A DNA stretch of 64,000 nucleotides from an uncultured Alphaproteobacteria bacterium (GCA_963820805.1 CAWGBH010000004.1:3367-67366), one strand, 5' to 3'. Shown: positions 18,902 to 27,200, counted from the first letter of the stretch. The notes: generated by a model from the letters alone, not told the origin. Made by a program: numbers and translations.

Positions 18902-18930
18902 GCCGTCGGTTGCCGACGGTTTCTTTTTTT
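18902..18930 (+). terminator. Rho-independent terminator after flp
   Basis: CCGTCGG-ttg-CCGACGG followed by TTTCTTTTTTT. Confidence 0.6.
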
Positions 18931-18986
18931 GGTCGCGGTGCGGATCGGGTATCGGTCAAAAACAGACGCGACGCTGTTTAATTGCG

Positions 18987-19059
18987 ATCTCCGCTGCTAC
19001 CCCAAGGCGGACATAGGACGGCACGTCCTGAATGTCCGTTAAGTGCCAAAAGCGGGCAT
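18987..19059 (+). repeat. Composite REP/BIME-like element (C-spacer-B)
   Basis: atctccgctgctACCCCaaggcggacat ... atgtccgttaaGTGCCAaaagcgggcat. Confidence 0.75.
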
Positions 19060-19091
19060 CGTCATTTTTCAGAGCGCCGTGGCATGTCGGG

Positions 19092-19496
19092 TCAAGCGAG
19101 AGCCACATGTACCACTAATTGGCCCTCGGGAGGGTGACGGGTAATGTGCCCCTTGCCTGTCGTATCCTCCGCTAGCACAACGCTGCCTGCTGGGAGTCGG
19201 CGGATGTCGCCATCGCTCGTCTCGAATTCGACTTCGCCGGTTAGCCAGAGCACAAGCAGTCGCTGCGGCGGATTGTGCCAATCCGTTTCCCCCGTACCCT
19301 TAGGGACGTAGCAAATATTATACCATGAAGCCGGAAGGTTTTCCGTAAGGCCCAGCGCGGGAGTGTCCTTGAAAAGCTTTTTTGGCTGAAGCGTAATGTC
19401 CATGTCTTCCATGTGAGTTTCGCCGTTGCCGTCGGCAAAAATTCGAAGACATTTCACACGCTCATCGTTAGCCCGTCCACCTGAGATCGCTGCCAT
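19092..19496 (-). CDS. Cupin-domain protein
   Basis: Beta-barrel-type sequence ...WHNPPQRLLVLWLTGEVEFETSDGDIRRLPAGSVVLAEDTTGKGHITR. Start set at MAAISGG. Confidence 0.6.
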   Translation of the reverse strand: MAAISGGRANDERVKCLRIFADGNGETHMEDMDITLQPKKLFKDTPALGLTENLPASWYNICYVPKGTGETDWHNPPQRLLVLWLTGEVEFETSDGDIRRLPAGSVVLAEDTTGKGHITRHPPEGQLVVHVALA

Positions 19497-19631
19497 AATA
19501 CGGCTCCTGCAAGATTGCCAGCGAGACAAATTGACCTTCATTTTTTATCTGCGTGGCGCGATTACCTCCATCAAATAAATGGCCGCTGGACAGCTGCAGG
19601 ATTATCGTTGGCAGCCGCAAGGCAACAACAT

Positions 19632-19705
19632 ATGTCCGCTTTGGGTCAAAAGCAGACATTTGCAGTGCATCAACCCATGTCTGCTTTACCCCCAAAAGCG
19701 GACAC
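19632..19705 (+). repeat. Composite REP/BIME-like element (A-spacer-C)
   Basis: atgtccgctttGGGTCAaaagcagacat + ttgcagtgca + atgtctgctttACCCCCaaaagcggacac. Confidence 0.85.
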
Positions 19706-19749
19706 GGATCGACGGCTCGCCTACGCCTGGCAGTGCTATGATGCGCTGC

Positions 19750-19944
19750 ATGAAAGTCGAAGAGATCGCCGAATCAATCGCCAAGTTACCGCCGGATCAA
19801 CTTGCCCGCTTCCGTCGCTGGTTCACCGCATTCGAGGCGGGCCGCGGCGATCACGCCAAGGAGCTCGACTCCACTGCGACCAAACTTGGCCGCCTCGCTG
19901 GCCGCGCGTTTGCTGAATTGAAAAAGCGCGGGACGGAATCGTGA
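19750..19944 (+). CDS. Small hypothetical protein (64 aa)
   Basis: MKVEEIAESIAKLPPDQLARFRRWFTAFEAG... Only the part downstream of the REP element looks protein-like. No clear RBS. Confidence 0.3.
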   Translation: MKVEEIAESIAKLPPDQLARFRRWFTAFEAGRGDHAKELDSTATKLGRLAGRAFAELKKRGTES

Positions 19945-19964
19945 GCGAGAAAGAGCGCCGCGTG

Positions 19965-20042
19965 ATGTCGCTTATGGGTCATCAGCGGACAAACCATCCC
20001 GGGCCAAAATCTGACTTTCTCCGCTTTGGTCAAAGCGGACAT
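19965..20042 (+). repeat. REP-like element (two A-like hairpins), last forward-oriented copy
   Basis: atgtcgcttatGGGTCAtcagcggaca ... ttctccgctttGGTCAaagcggacat. Confidence 0.7.
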
Positions 20043-20217
20043 TTCAGTGGGACACTCTTGGCAAAAAGCCTAATGATCTCGTGGAAGGACTCAGGGTCCC
20101 ACTTTTTGGCAAGCCATTGATTAGACTACGACGGCTTAGTCCTCTCGGGACCGCCACCCTTAACGACCAGCGTTGAATTTCCGAAAGTTTTTGGCCGAAT
20201 TATCAAACCGGGATGCA

Positions 20218-20291
20218 ATGTCCGCTTTCGGGTGTAAAGCAGACATAGCTTCTGCATCGCAAAATGTCCGCTAATGACCCATAGCGGACAT
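20218..20291 (-). repeat. Composite REP/BIME-like element, first reverse-oriented copy
   Basis: The reverse complement reads atgtccgctatGGGTCAttagcggacat + tttgcgatgca + atgtctgctttACACCCgaaagcggacat. Confidence 0.85.
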
Positions 20292-20361
20292 AGGCTCCAT
20301 TTAGGTCTAACGATATTTCCGTGTAGTCTTTTTCGGACCATACGTAGATAAGGCGGAGGCG

Positions 20362-21414
20362 ATGAACAATTACACGCCAACTCACGTGCATCTTGTCGGC
20401 AGCATCGGCCTGGATACTGTGGAGGAGGTGTTTAGTACCGTAGGACCTCTTCTCGGCCGACGGTTACGACGCATTCCTGACGGTGAGCCGGGCCCGCGCC
20501 GGCTCTGGGTGAGCTTCCAATACCCACTGTTGCGCTCCAGCCCCTTTCTACGTCCCGATCCAAGTGGCGCGTTGCGCAAGACATCAGGTTTTCCGCTTCT
20601 TTGCCTCGCGGAGGGGGTAGCGGCGGATGATGTCAGTTTTGGAGAATTAGGGTATGCGCGCGAGGCTCGCGGGTCCTATCTCGACTTCACCGCTGCCCGG
20701 ACGCGTGGAGACATTGCACCCGAAACGCGGTTTCAGGTCTGCCTTCCGACGCCAATGAGTGTCATTTACGCGTTCTGTACAGCGCGTGACGTCTCGGCAA
20801 TTGAAAAAGCCTACGAAAAAGCAATGGCGCGCGAGATTGAAGCCATTTGCCGGCACATTCCGCACAAGGATTTATGCATCCAGTGGGATGTCTGCCACGA
20901 CATGATCTTGTGGGATGGACAGCCGCAAGATCAGTTTCCGCTCATTAATGCTTCTCAAGAGGAAATCACTAACCGCTTCGCTCGCATCTGCGAGGCGGTG
21001 CCCGATGATGTCGAACTCGGCTTTCATCTTTGCTACGGCGACTTTGGCGGTAAGCACTTTTTCGATCCTGTGACAGCACGTCATCTAGTCGATGTTGCGA
21101 ACGCGATTGCACGAATCGTCAAACATAAAATTGCTTATATCCATTTGCCTGTGCCGGCGCCGCGCGCGACCGATGACTTCTTCGCGCCAATGCGCGATTT
21201 TAAATTGGCGCCGACAACGGAGATCTATCTGGGCCTGATCCACGCCGCAGACGGCGTTGAGGGCGCGAAACAGCGTATCTCATTGGCAACAAAATTCGTT
21301 CCTCGCTTTGGGATTGCAACCGAATGCGGCTTCGCCCGCGCCCGCAAAAGGGATCTAGTACGTACGCTACTCGATATTCATGCTGGAGCGGCAGCGGAGC
21401 CGCCTGCCAACTAG
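20362..21414 (+). CDS. Hypothetical protein, possibly a cobalamin-independent methionine-synthase-like (MetE C-terminal/UROD-fold) Zn enzyme
   Basis: Strong RBS GGAGG. HLCYGDFGG and ATECGFAR resemble the His-x-Cys and Cys Zn-ligand motifs of the MetE-like family. The family assignment is tentative. Confidence 0.55.
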   Translation: MNNYTPTHVHLVGSIGLDTVEEVFSTVGPLLGRRLRRIPDGEPGPRRLWVSFQYPLLRSSPFLRPDPSGALRKTSGFPLLCLAEGVAADDVSFGELGYAREARGSYLDFTAARTRGDIAPETRFQVCLPTPMSVIYAFCTARDVSAIEKAYEKAMAREIEAICRHIPHKDLCIQWDVCHDMILWDGQPQDQFPLINASQEEITNRFARICEAVPDDVELGFHLCYGDFGGKHFFDPVTARHLVDVANAIARIVKHKIAYIHLPVPAPRATDDFFAPMRDFKLAPTTEIYLGLIHAADGVEGAKQRISLATKFVPRFGIATECGFARARKRDLVRTLLDIHAGAAAEPPAN

Positions 21415-21442
21415 AACTCCGCTAGCGCTATTTTTTTTCGGA

Positions 21443-21514
21443 CGTCCGCTATTGGCACTTAGCGGACATCGCCTGGTACACCGCACGTGTCCGCTTTCGG
21501 GGTAAAACGGACAT
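21443..21514 (-). repeat. Composite REP/BIME-like element (reverse orientation)
   Basis: The plus strand shows tatTGGCACtta and tttcGGGGTaaaa loops, the complements of B and C. Confidence 0.8.
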
Positions 21515-21658
21515 CGCTCCCGCCGTATGTTGGCAATTAATTTTGCCCCGCAGCGGCAAGCCACTGCGCATCAGGGTGGCCTTGCAGGCCCGGACGAATT
21601 ACCGTCCCATCACGGTTTGATCGACCGAGTGTGCACTTAGGCCGGGTTCGAGAACATC

Positions 21659-23383
21659 ATGTTGACGACCGACGATATTGCGACAATTCCCATATTCTCC
21701 ACCCTTGCGCCGATCGAACTCGAACGGCTTGCTCGGACTTCTGCCGACATACAACTCAATCCCGGCGAGTTCGCCGTTCACGAGGGCGGAGAGCGTGCAC
21801 TCTTCGCCGTTTTGAGCGGCAAAATCGAGGTGATCAAGACGTTTGACGGAGTTGAACGCCGACTGGGCTGGCGCAATCCCGGCGCTATTTTCGGCGAAGT
21901 GCCGATTGCCCTTGGAACGGCATTTCCGGGAGGTTATCGCGCCGCAGAACCGTCACGCGTGATGCGGATCGATGTCCAGGAATACTATGCGGTTGCCGCA
22001 ACATCGAAGGACTTCTCCGAAAAAGTTGGCGCGCTGGCGCGCGAGCGGCTAGGAGGACTCCAGAGCCTCGCCGCCGAGCCGAACAAGCCGTGCGTTACGT
22101 TGATCTGTCATCGCCACGATGCTGCGTGCGGTGTCTTGCGACGATTTCTGACGCGCAACCAGATTTCTTTCAATTGGCTCGCCCCCGACGCACCGGAGCT
22201 TTCGACGCTCTTGCCCAGCTCTAGGCAGCCGGATGGCGACGGCCCGGTGCTGCTGCTTGCGGACGGACAGGTGGTCGCTCAACCGAACGTACGCGACGTT
22301 GCAAATCGGCTTGGTCTTCAGACGAGCGCACGTTCCGAAGATTATGATGTTGCAATCATCGGCGGTGGGCCAGCTGGCCTTGCCGCTGCGGTCTATGGGG
22401 CATCAGAGGGACTGCAAACTATCGTCATTGAGCGTGAGGCGCCGGGCGGGCAGGCTGGCACTTCGTCGCGGATCGAGAACTACCTCGGATTCCCGAACGG
22501 TGTCTCAGGGGACGAACTTGCCAGCCGCGCGTTTCAACAAGCCAGACGGCTCGGCGCAGAGATCCTCGTCACGCGTTCGGTCGAGCGGGTCGATCCCACA
22601 GCGCGGCAGATCGGTTTGGATAGCGGCGATGTCGTGAAAGCCAGGACGCTTATTCTCGCAACGGGGGTGACCTGGCGTCGTCTCGCCATTGAGGGCTTTG
22701 ATCGGCTGATCGGCAAGGGCATCTATTATGGGGCCGCTCGCAGTGAAATTGGCGCCACTCACGGACTCGATATCCATCTCGTCGGTGCCGGAAATTCCGC
22801 TGGTCAGGCCGCGTTATTCTTTGCGACCCATGCCCGTACGGTGACGTTGATTGTCCGTGGCGATTCTTTGGAAAAGAGCATGTCTCAATATTTAATTGAA
22901 CAGCTCAACGGAAAAGCAAATATCGAAGTTCAGTTGCGCTCGGAAATTCACGCAGTTTACGGTGATACTCATCTGACGGGAGTCGAAATTCGCGATTCCG
23001 AAAGCAACGAGGTCCGCCGCCTCGAGTCTGGCGCTCTTTTCATTTTTATTGGCGCCGATGCGGAAACGGAGTGGCTGCCGGCAGAAATCGCGCGGGATGC
23101 GCGCGGTTACGTGCTGACCGGCGACGATCTCAAGAAGGCCGGACGCTGGTCGCTCAGCCGCGATCCATATCTCCTCGAAACGAGTGCGCCCGGCGTCTTC
23201 GCATGCGGCGACGTCCGGCTGAGCCCGGTCAAGCGCGTTGCATCCGCTGTCGGCGAAGGAAGCATGGCGATAGCATTCGTCCATCAATATCTGGCGTATA
23301 GCGGACAGACGCGGCGGCGACGGACTTTGATGGCAATCAAGACGCTGCTGCGCTCGGCGCGGCCATCGTTTAATCGGGCGTAG
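21659..23383 (+). CDS. Cyclic-nucleotide-binding domain fused to a thioredoxin-reductase-like flavoprotein
   Basis: N-terminal cNMP-binding beta-roll (...GEFAVHEGGERALFAVLSGKIEV...IFGEVPIALG), a thioredoxin-fold-like linker, then the FAD motif DVAIIGGGPAGLAAA, NAD(P) motif HLVGAGNSAGQAA and GVFACGDV. Confidence 0.85.
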   Translation: MLTTDDIATIPIFSTLAPIELERLARTSADIQLNPGEFAVHEGGERALFAVLSGKIEVIKTFDGVERRLGWRNPGAIFGEVPIALGTAFPGGYRAAEPSRVMRIDVQEYYAVAATSKDFSEKVGALARERLGGLQSLAAEPNKPCVTLICHRHDAACGVLRRFLTRNQISFNWLAPDAPELSTLLPSSRQPDGDGPVLLLADGQVVAQPNVRDVANRLGLQTSARSEDYDVAIIGGGPAGLAAAVYGASEGLQTIVIEREAPGGQAGTSSRIENYLGFPNGVSGDELASRAFQQARRLGAEILVTRSVERVDPTARQIGLDSGDVVKARTLILATGVTWRRLAIEGFDRLIGKGIYYGAARSEIGATHGLDIHLVGAGNSAGQAALFFATHARTVTLIVRGDSLEKSMSQYLIEQLNGKANIEVQLRSEIHAVYGDTHLTGVEIRDSESNEVRRLESGALFIFIGADAETEWLPAEIARDARGYVLTGDDLKKAGRWSLSRDPYLLETSAPGVFACGDVRLSPVKRVASAVGEGSMAIAFVHQYLAYSGQTRRRRTLMAIKTLLRSARPSFNRA

Positions 23384-23411
23384 ATCGTCCGCCGCTTATT
23401 CCTTCAGCGCA

Positions 23412-23484
23412 ATTGTCCGCTTTCGCGGCAAAACGGCAGGACGTTTTACACTGCAAATTTCTGCTTTTAACCCAGAGCGGACAT
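23412..23484 (-). repeat. Composite REP/BIME-like element (reverse, degenerate)
   Basis: The reverse complement gives atgtccgctctGGGTTAaaagcagaa + tttgcagtgta spacer + a C-like hairpin. Confidence 0.7.
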
Positions 23485-23559
23485 GACCCGCGTCGTTCGG
23501 TCCCTTCCAACTACCCAATTTGAGCCATACGATGCTTTTTTCCGGGGTTGGGGGAACTA

Positions 23560-24540
23560 ATGAGACGACGCGACTTCATGAAAGTCATTGGTGGCGGAGC
23601 CGCTGCGTGGCCGTTTGCCGCGTGGGCGCAGCAGCCATCGCTGCCGGTGATCGGGTATCTCGCCGCTGGTTCATCAAAGGCCGAGGCACAACTCGTTGCA
23701 GTGTTTGTCAAAGCGCTGGGCGAAGCTGGTTACGAAGATGGCAAAAACGTTCGGATCGAATACCAGTGGGCCGAAAATCAGTACGACCGACTACCATCGA
23801 TGGCAGCCGACCTGGTTCGCCGACAAGTGGCAGTGATCGCAGCTACGACCACGCCGGCAGCACGTGCGGCAAAAATGGCGACTGCGGCAATTCCCATTGT
23901 TTTCACTACTATCGCTGATCCGGTACAGATCGGGTTCGTCGCGAGCCTAAATCGCCCGGGTGGGAATGCGACGGGCGTCACCATGTTGAACGTAGAGCTA
24001 GGACCAAAACAGCTGGAAACACTGCACGAGGTTGTGCCATCGGCGACTGGGATCGCTCTGCTCGTCAACCCCACCAACCCTAACGCCGACACACAGTTGA
24101 AAAATACGCAGGAAGCCGCCCTGAGGCTCGGTCTGCGAGTTCATGTCCTGAACGCCAGTACCGAACGCGATTTCGATGCAGTCTTTGCAAAGTTGCAAGA
24201 ACTGCAGACAGGTGCGTTGATTATTGGCCAAGATGTACTTTTCAATAACCAGAGTGAGCAACTCGGCGCACTCACCGTCCGCCACGCGATACCTGCGATC
24301 TACCCGCTGCGAGAGTTCGCAGTGGGTGGCGGCCTTATCAGCTATGGTGCCAGCCGAAGCGACGCGTGGCGTCAAGCAGGTATCTACATCGGACGCATCC
24401 TCAAAGGCGAGAAACCTGCCGAACTGCCAGTTATTCAGCCAACGAGATTCGAGTTCACGATCAATCTTAAGACAGCCAAGGCGCTCGGCCTCACCGTGCC
24501 TTCATCCCTTCTTACCAGCGCCGACGAAGTGATCGAATGA
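23560..24540 (+). CDS. ABC-transporter substrate-binding protein (ABC_sub_bind / PF04392-like)
   Basis: MRRRDFMKVIGGGAAAWPFAAWAQQPSLPVIGYL... and C-terminal ...GEKPAELPVIQPTRFEFTINLKTAKALGLTVPSSLLTSADEVIE, typical of this family. Confidence 0.85.
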   Translation: MRRRDFMKVIGGGAAAWPFAAWAQQPSLPVIGYLAAGSSKAEAQLVAVFVKALGEAGYEDGKNVRIEYQWAENQYDRLPSMAADLVRRQVAVIAATTTPAARAAKMATAAIPIVFTTIADPVQIGFVASLNRPGGNATGVTMLNVELGPKQLETLHEVVPSATGIALLVNPTNPNADTQLKNTQEAALRLGLRVHVLNASTERDFDAVFAKLQELQTGALIIGQDVLFNNQSEQLGALTVRHAIPAIYPLREFAVGGGLISYGASRSDAWRQAGIYIGRILKGEKPAELPVIQPTRFEFTINLKTAKALGLTVPSSLLTSADEVIE

Positions 24541-24550
24541 GAGGGTCGCG

Positions 24551-24578
24551 ATGTCCGCTATTGGCACAAAACGGACAT
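24551..24578 (-). repeat. REP-like hairpin, module B (single, reverse)
   Basis: ATGTCCGCTAttggcacaaAACGGACAT. Confidence 0.75.
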
Positions 24579-24691
24579 GACATTGTACAACATCAGCTTG
24601 TAGCATCAGCGCTCTTTGGAACGTTTTTGATTTGGCTCAATGCCGAAGTTTTCAAACGGCGTCTGGATGGCGAGCGGTTGAGGGGGCGAAA

Positions 24692-25438
24692 ATGAATGTG
24701 CTTCTCGTTGCGTTGGGTCTAATCGCCGGAGTTGCTGCCGCTCACGAGATTGGTTTTTGGCTAGGTTCACTGACCCGCTCGACCGATGAGCCTTTCGACC
24801 GGCAAGTAGCTTTGATTCGAACATCAACAGCCGCTCTGGTTGCGTTCTTAATCGGATTTGCATTTTCAGGGGCAGCATCGCGCTTTATCGATCGGGTGGA
24901 TATCATTGTGAAGGAGGCAAACGCACTCGGTACTGCCTACTTGAGAGCCGATACCATCGCCGAACCGCAACGCGGCGAACTGAAGGCCGCGCTAAAAGAG
25001 TACACTGCCGACCGGGTTACATTGCTGAGTCGAGAAGGCCGCGATCAGATTGGTCCTTTGCTTGCCAAGGTGAGTGGCTTGCACGAACGAATGTGGAGGT
25101 CGGCGATCAAGGCCACTCAGAACAACGCTCCATTGATGGCGGTAGTTCTGCCGCCGATCAACGAGGTCATCGATCTGCATTCGGTGCACCTCTCTATGGC
25201 GAGACGACATCTGCCCCTTCCGATCATGGCGGTGCTTTTGGGAACGGCAGCGATCGGCTTTGGTATAGTGGGCTTCGGCAATGGGCGTGTGGGCCGCCGG
25301 TTTTCGATACTCGATTCGGTTTACGGGATTGTTCTTGCGGTCGCTTTGTGGATGACTATCGATCTGGATTATCCGGGGATCGGCTTGATTAGGGTGAACA
25401 ATCTTCCGGTCGTGGAAACCTTGGCTGCAATGAATTGA
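24692..25438 (+). CDS. Membrane protein (DUF4239/bestrophin-like, tentative)
   Basis: TM helices at both ends with a soluble helical middle. Start set at MNVLLVALGLIAG, preceded by GGGGG. Confidence 0.55.
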   Translation: MNVLLVALGLIAGVAAAHEIGFWLGSLTRSTDEPFDRQVALIRTSTAALVAFLIGFAFSGAASRFIDRVDIIVKEANALGTAYLRADTIAEPQRGELKAALKEYTADRVTLLSREGRDQIGPLLAKVSGLHERMWRSAIKATQNNAPLMAVVLPPINEVIDLHSVHLSMARRHLPLPIMAVLLGTAAIGFGIVGFGNGRVGRRFSILDSVYGIVLAVALWMTIDLDYPGIGLIRVNNLPVVETLAAMN

Positions 25439-25577
25439 GTATCGCTAGCGCGGCGCGGGCGCTAACCAAACTACGAAGTTTCGATCAACCCCCGGCGACG
25501 ATGGACGCGGAAGCCCTAACCAAAAGGCTGGGGCTTCCGTTTCGTGCACTGAACTCAGAGCAGATCGAAATTCAGTA

Positions 25578-25805
25578 CTACTCCCAAGCAGCGCAAGTGC
25601 TGCCATTCCACCGCAAGCATCTGCGAGCTTGACGCTTTTGGTGTCTGGAAACGCACACACCGTTAATTCGTGTCATGCCTACTCCGCATGCAGCAGCAGC
25701 TTGCGTGATGATGCTGTCCGGTTCATGAACCGGAGCAACAGGTGTTGCCAGCGCTGGTATTGCGGTGACCGACGCGAAGATAACAATAGCAATAAACCTA
25801 AACAT
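25578..25805 (-). CDS. Small secreted cysteine-containing protein (hypothetical, 75 aa)
   Basis: GGGAGG RBS 5 nt upstream of the ATG. Signal peptide MFRFIAIVIFASVTAIPALA and five Cys in the mature part. Confidence 0.45.
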   Translation of the reverse strand: MFRFIAIVIFASVTAIPALATPVAPVHEPDSIITQAAAACGVGMTRINGVCVSRHQKRQARRCLRWNGSTCAAWE

Positions 25806-26091
25806 CTGTTCCTCCCATGGGGCTGCTTGCCCGATAAGGCGAATGGCACCTCGTCGCAGCGGGTTTCAATTCAGTTTTTGGTCATTGCTCAACCTTCCTC
25901 CCTTTCGCCTACGAGGCGGAAATTGAGACATGCAATTCTACCAGAAGGTGCCCCAACCTGGCTGCCTCCAAGCCGTCAATCACGCAGTTGTGGTCGGTAT
26001 CATTATGCTGATCAAAAAAGGGCTTGTAGACGCCGCTTCGGTATCAAGCGATCCTTTCTCTTGCCTTAGACCTTGGCGAGAGGAGGCCTCA

Positions 26092-26316
26092 ATGCGCTGG
26101 TTTTACTTGGCCGTGATCATTGTCTTTGCTGCGGCTACGTTGCTTTTTATTCTGCAAAATGGCGACCTCGTTACAATGTCCTTTCTTGGGCTCAGTTTTC
26201 GCGTACCTTTCTCAATCCTAATTGCAATTGCCTACGTTCTTGGAGCTGCGACGGGTGGCAGCCTATTTGCGCTGCTGCGCCGTTCCTACCAAGGCTCGCA
26301 GCGCCTTCCGTCATAG
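26092..26316 (+). CDS. LapA-domain/DUF1049-like small inner-membrane protein
   Basis: AGGAGG RBS. MRWFYLAVIIVFAAATLLFILQN...PFSILIAIAYVLGAATGGSLFALLRR is a two-TM hairpin typical of the family. Confidence 0.6.
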   Translation: MRWFYLAVIIVFAAATLLFILQNGDLVTMSFLGLSFRVPFSILIAIAYVLGAATGGSLFALLRRSYQGSQRLPS

Positions 26317-26321
26317 GCAAA

Positions 26322-26392
26322 ATGTCCGCTTGGCACTTAGCGGGCATAGGCTTGTGCACTGCACATGTTTGGTTTTGACTTAAAGCGGACAT
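26322..26392 (-). repeat. Composite REP/BIME-like element (reverse)
   Basis: The reverse complement reads atgtccgctttaaGTCAaaaccaaacat + gtgcagtgca + atgcccgctaaGTGCCAagcggacat. Confidence 0.8.
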
Positions 26393-26484
26393 ACCGCGCT
26401 GTGCGGTAGCGACGATCGCTCTCGATCGCATAAGCGGAAAAGTGCCGTCGTTGGGTCAAGCCTTTCAGGCCGTTGTCCTGACAT

Positions 26485-26498
26485 TTGATCCAGGTCAA
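26485..26498. promoter_or_regulatory. Candidate FNR/FixK-type box TTGAT-N4-GTCAA
   Basis: TTGATccagGTCAA lies about 65-75 nt upstream of the first HdeA-like gene and matches the established Crp/Fnr-family half-sites. Confidence 0.35.
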
Positions 26499-26561
26499 TG
26501 CGCGCAGGATCTGGGTCGCCTCGTATGCTAAACTGCGCGGCATATGGAAAGGACGAGCAAA

Positions 26562-26858
26562 ATGAAGCATCGATTGATCACTATAGTATTTGCAATTTCG
26601 CTTCTTCCGGCAGCTGCAAATGCGCAGGTCATTATCGATATGGGCGCATTCACCTGCGGCCAATATTTGACAATGTCGCCCTCAATGTCCCGTGATTTCT
26701 CTGCGTGGATGAGCGGATGGTTTAGTTATCAGACCCGCCGGACGGTGGTGGATGTGCTTGTGCATGAGAAAAATATCGCGAATGTGAAATCTTGGTGCCA
26801 ATACCATCCGCAAGCAAGCGTGATGAGCGCCTTGCAGAACTCGATCGGCCCACAGTGA
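26562..26858 (+). CDS. HdeA/HdeB-like periplasmic protein (paralog 1)
   Basis: Signal peptide MKHRLITIVFAISLLPAAANA, then IDMGAFTCGQYL...WMSGWFSY...VKSWC (two conserved Cys). Confidence 0.5.
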   Translation: MKHRLITIVFAISLLPAAANAQVIIDMGAFTCGQYLTMSPSMSRDFSAWMSGWFSYQTRRTVVDVLVHEKNIANVKSWCQYHPQASVMSALQNSIGPQ

Positions 26859-26884
26859 TATCTTGGACCCACCGGAGAAAAGCC

Positions 26885-27184
26885 ATGAGACGGAATGTTC
26901 TTTTCGTAGCAGCGACTTTGCTGTTGGCCGCTTCACAGCCAAGTGCTGCTCAGATCAGCGTCGATATGAATCAGATCACTTGCGGAGGCTGGCTCGGATA
27001 CAGTCCAGAGCAACGAGATTTCGTCCGCTTTTGGATGAGCGGTTACTACAATGCGGCGGCGAACAGCAACATCTTGAACTACGACCGTTTTCAAAAGAAT
27101 TCCGCAAAGATCACAACCTACTGCAAGAAAAATAAGTCCAAAACGCTGCCGACGGCGATTAAGAACGTCGGCTTGTCGCAGTGA
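26885..27184 (+). CDS. HdeA/HdeB-like periplasmic protein (paralog 2)
   Basis: MRRNVLFVAATLLLAASQPSAA, then VDMNQITCGGWL...WMSGYYN...ITTYC, the same architecture as the upstream gene. Confidence 0.5.
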   Translation: MRRNVLFVAATLLLAASQPSAAQISVDMNQITCGGWLGYSPEQRDFVRFWMSGYYNAAANSNILNYDRFQKNSAKITTYCKKNKSKTLPTAIKNVGLSQ

Positions 27185-27200
27185 GATTGGCTCTAATTGC

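Noticed and set aside
19945-20361. Replication origin at the REP polarity and gene-strand switch
   Set aside because: I saw no DnaA-box-like sequences (TTATCCACA or variants), no AT-rich unwinding region, and no dnaA/parAB/repABC genes nearby. Only the divergence of genes and repeats supports it. I kept it as a polarity observation, not an ori call.
25435-25632. 65-aa ORF on the plus strand overlapping the 3' end of 25578..25805
   Set aside because: It has no RBS and its composition is unremarkable. The opposite-strand gene has a strong RBS and a signal peptide.
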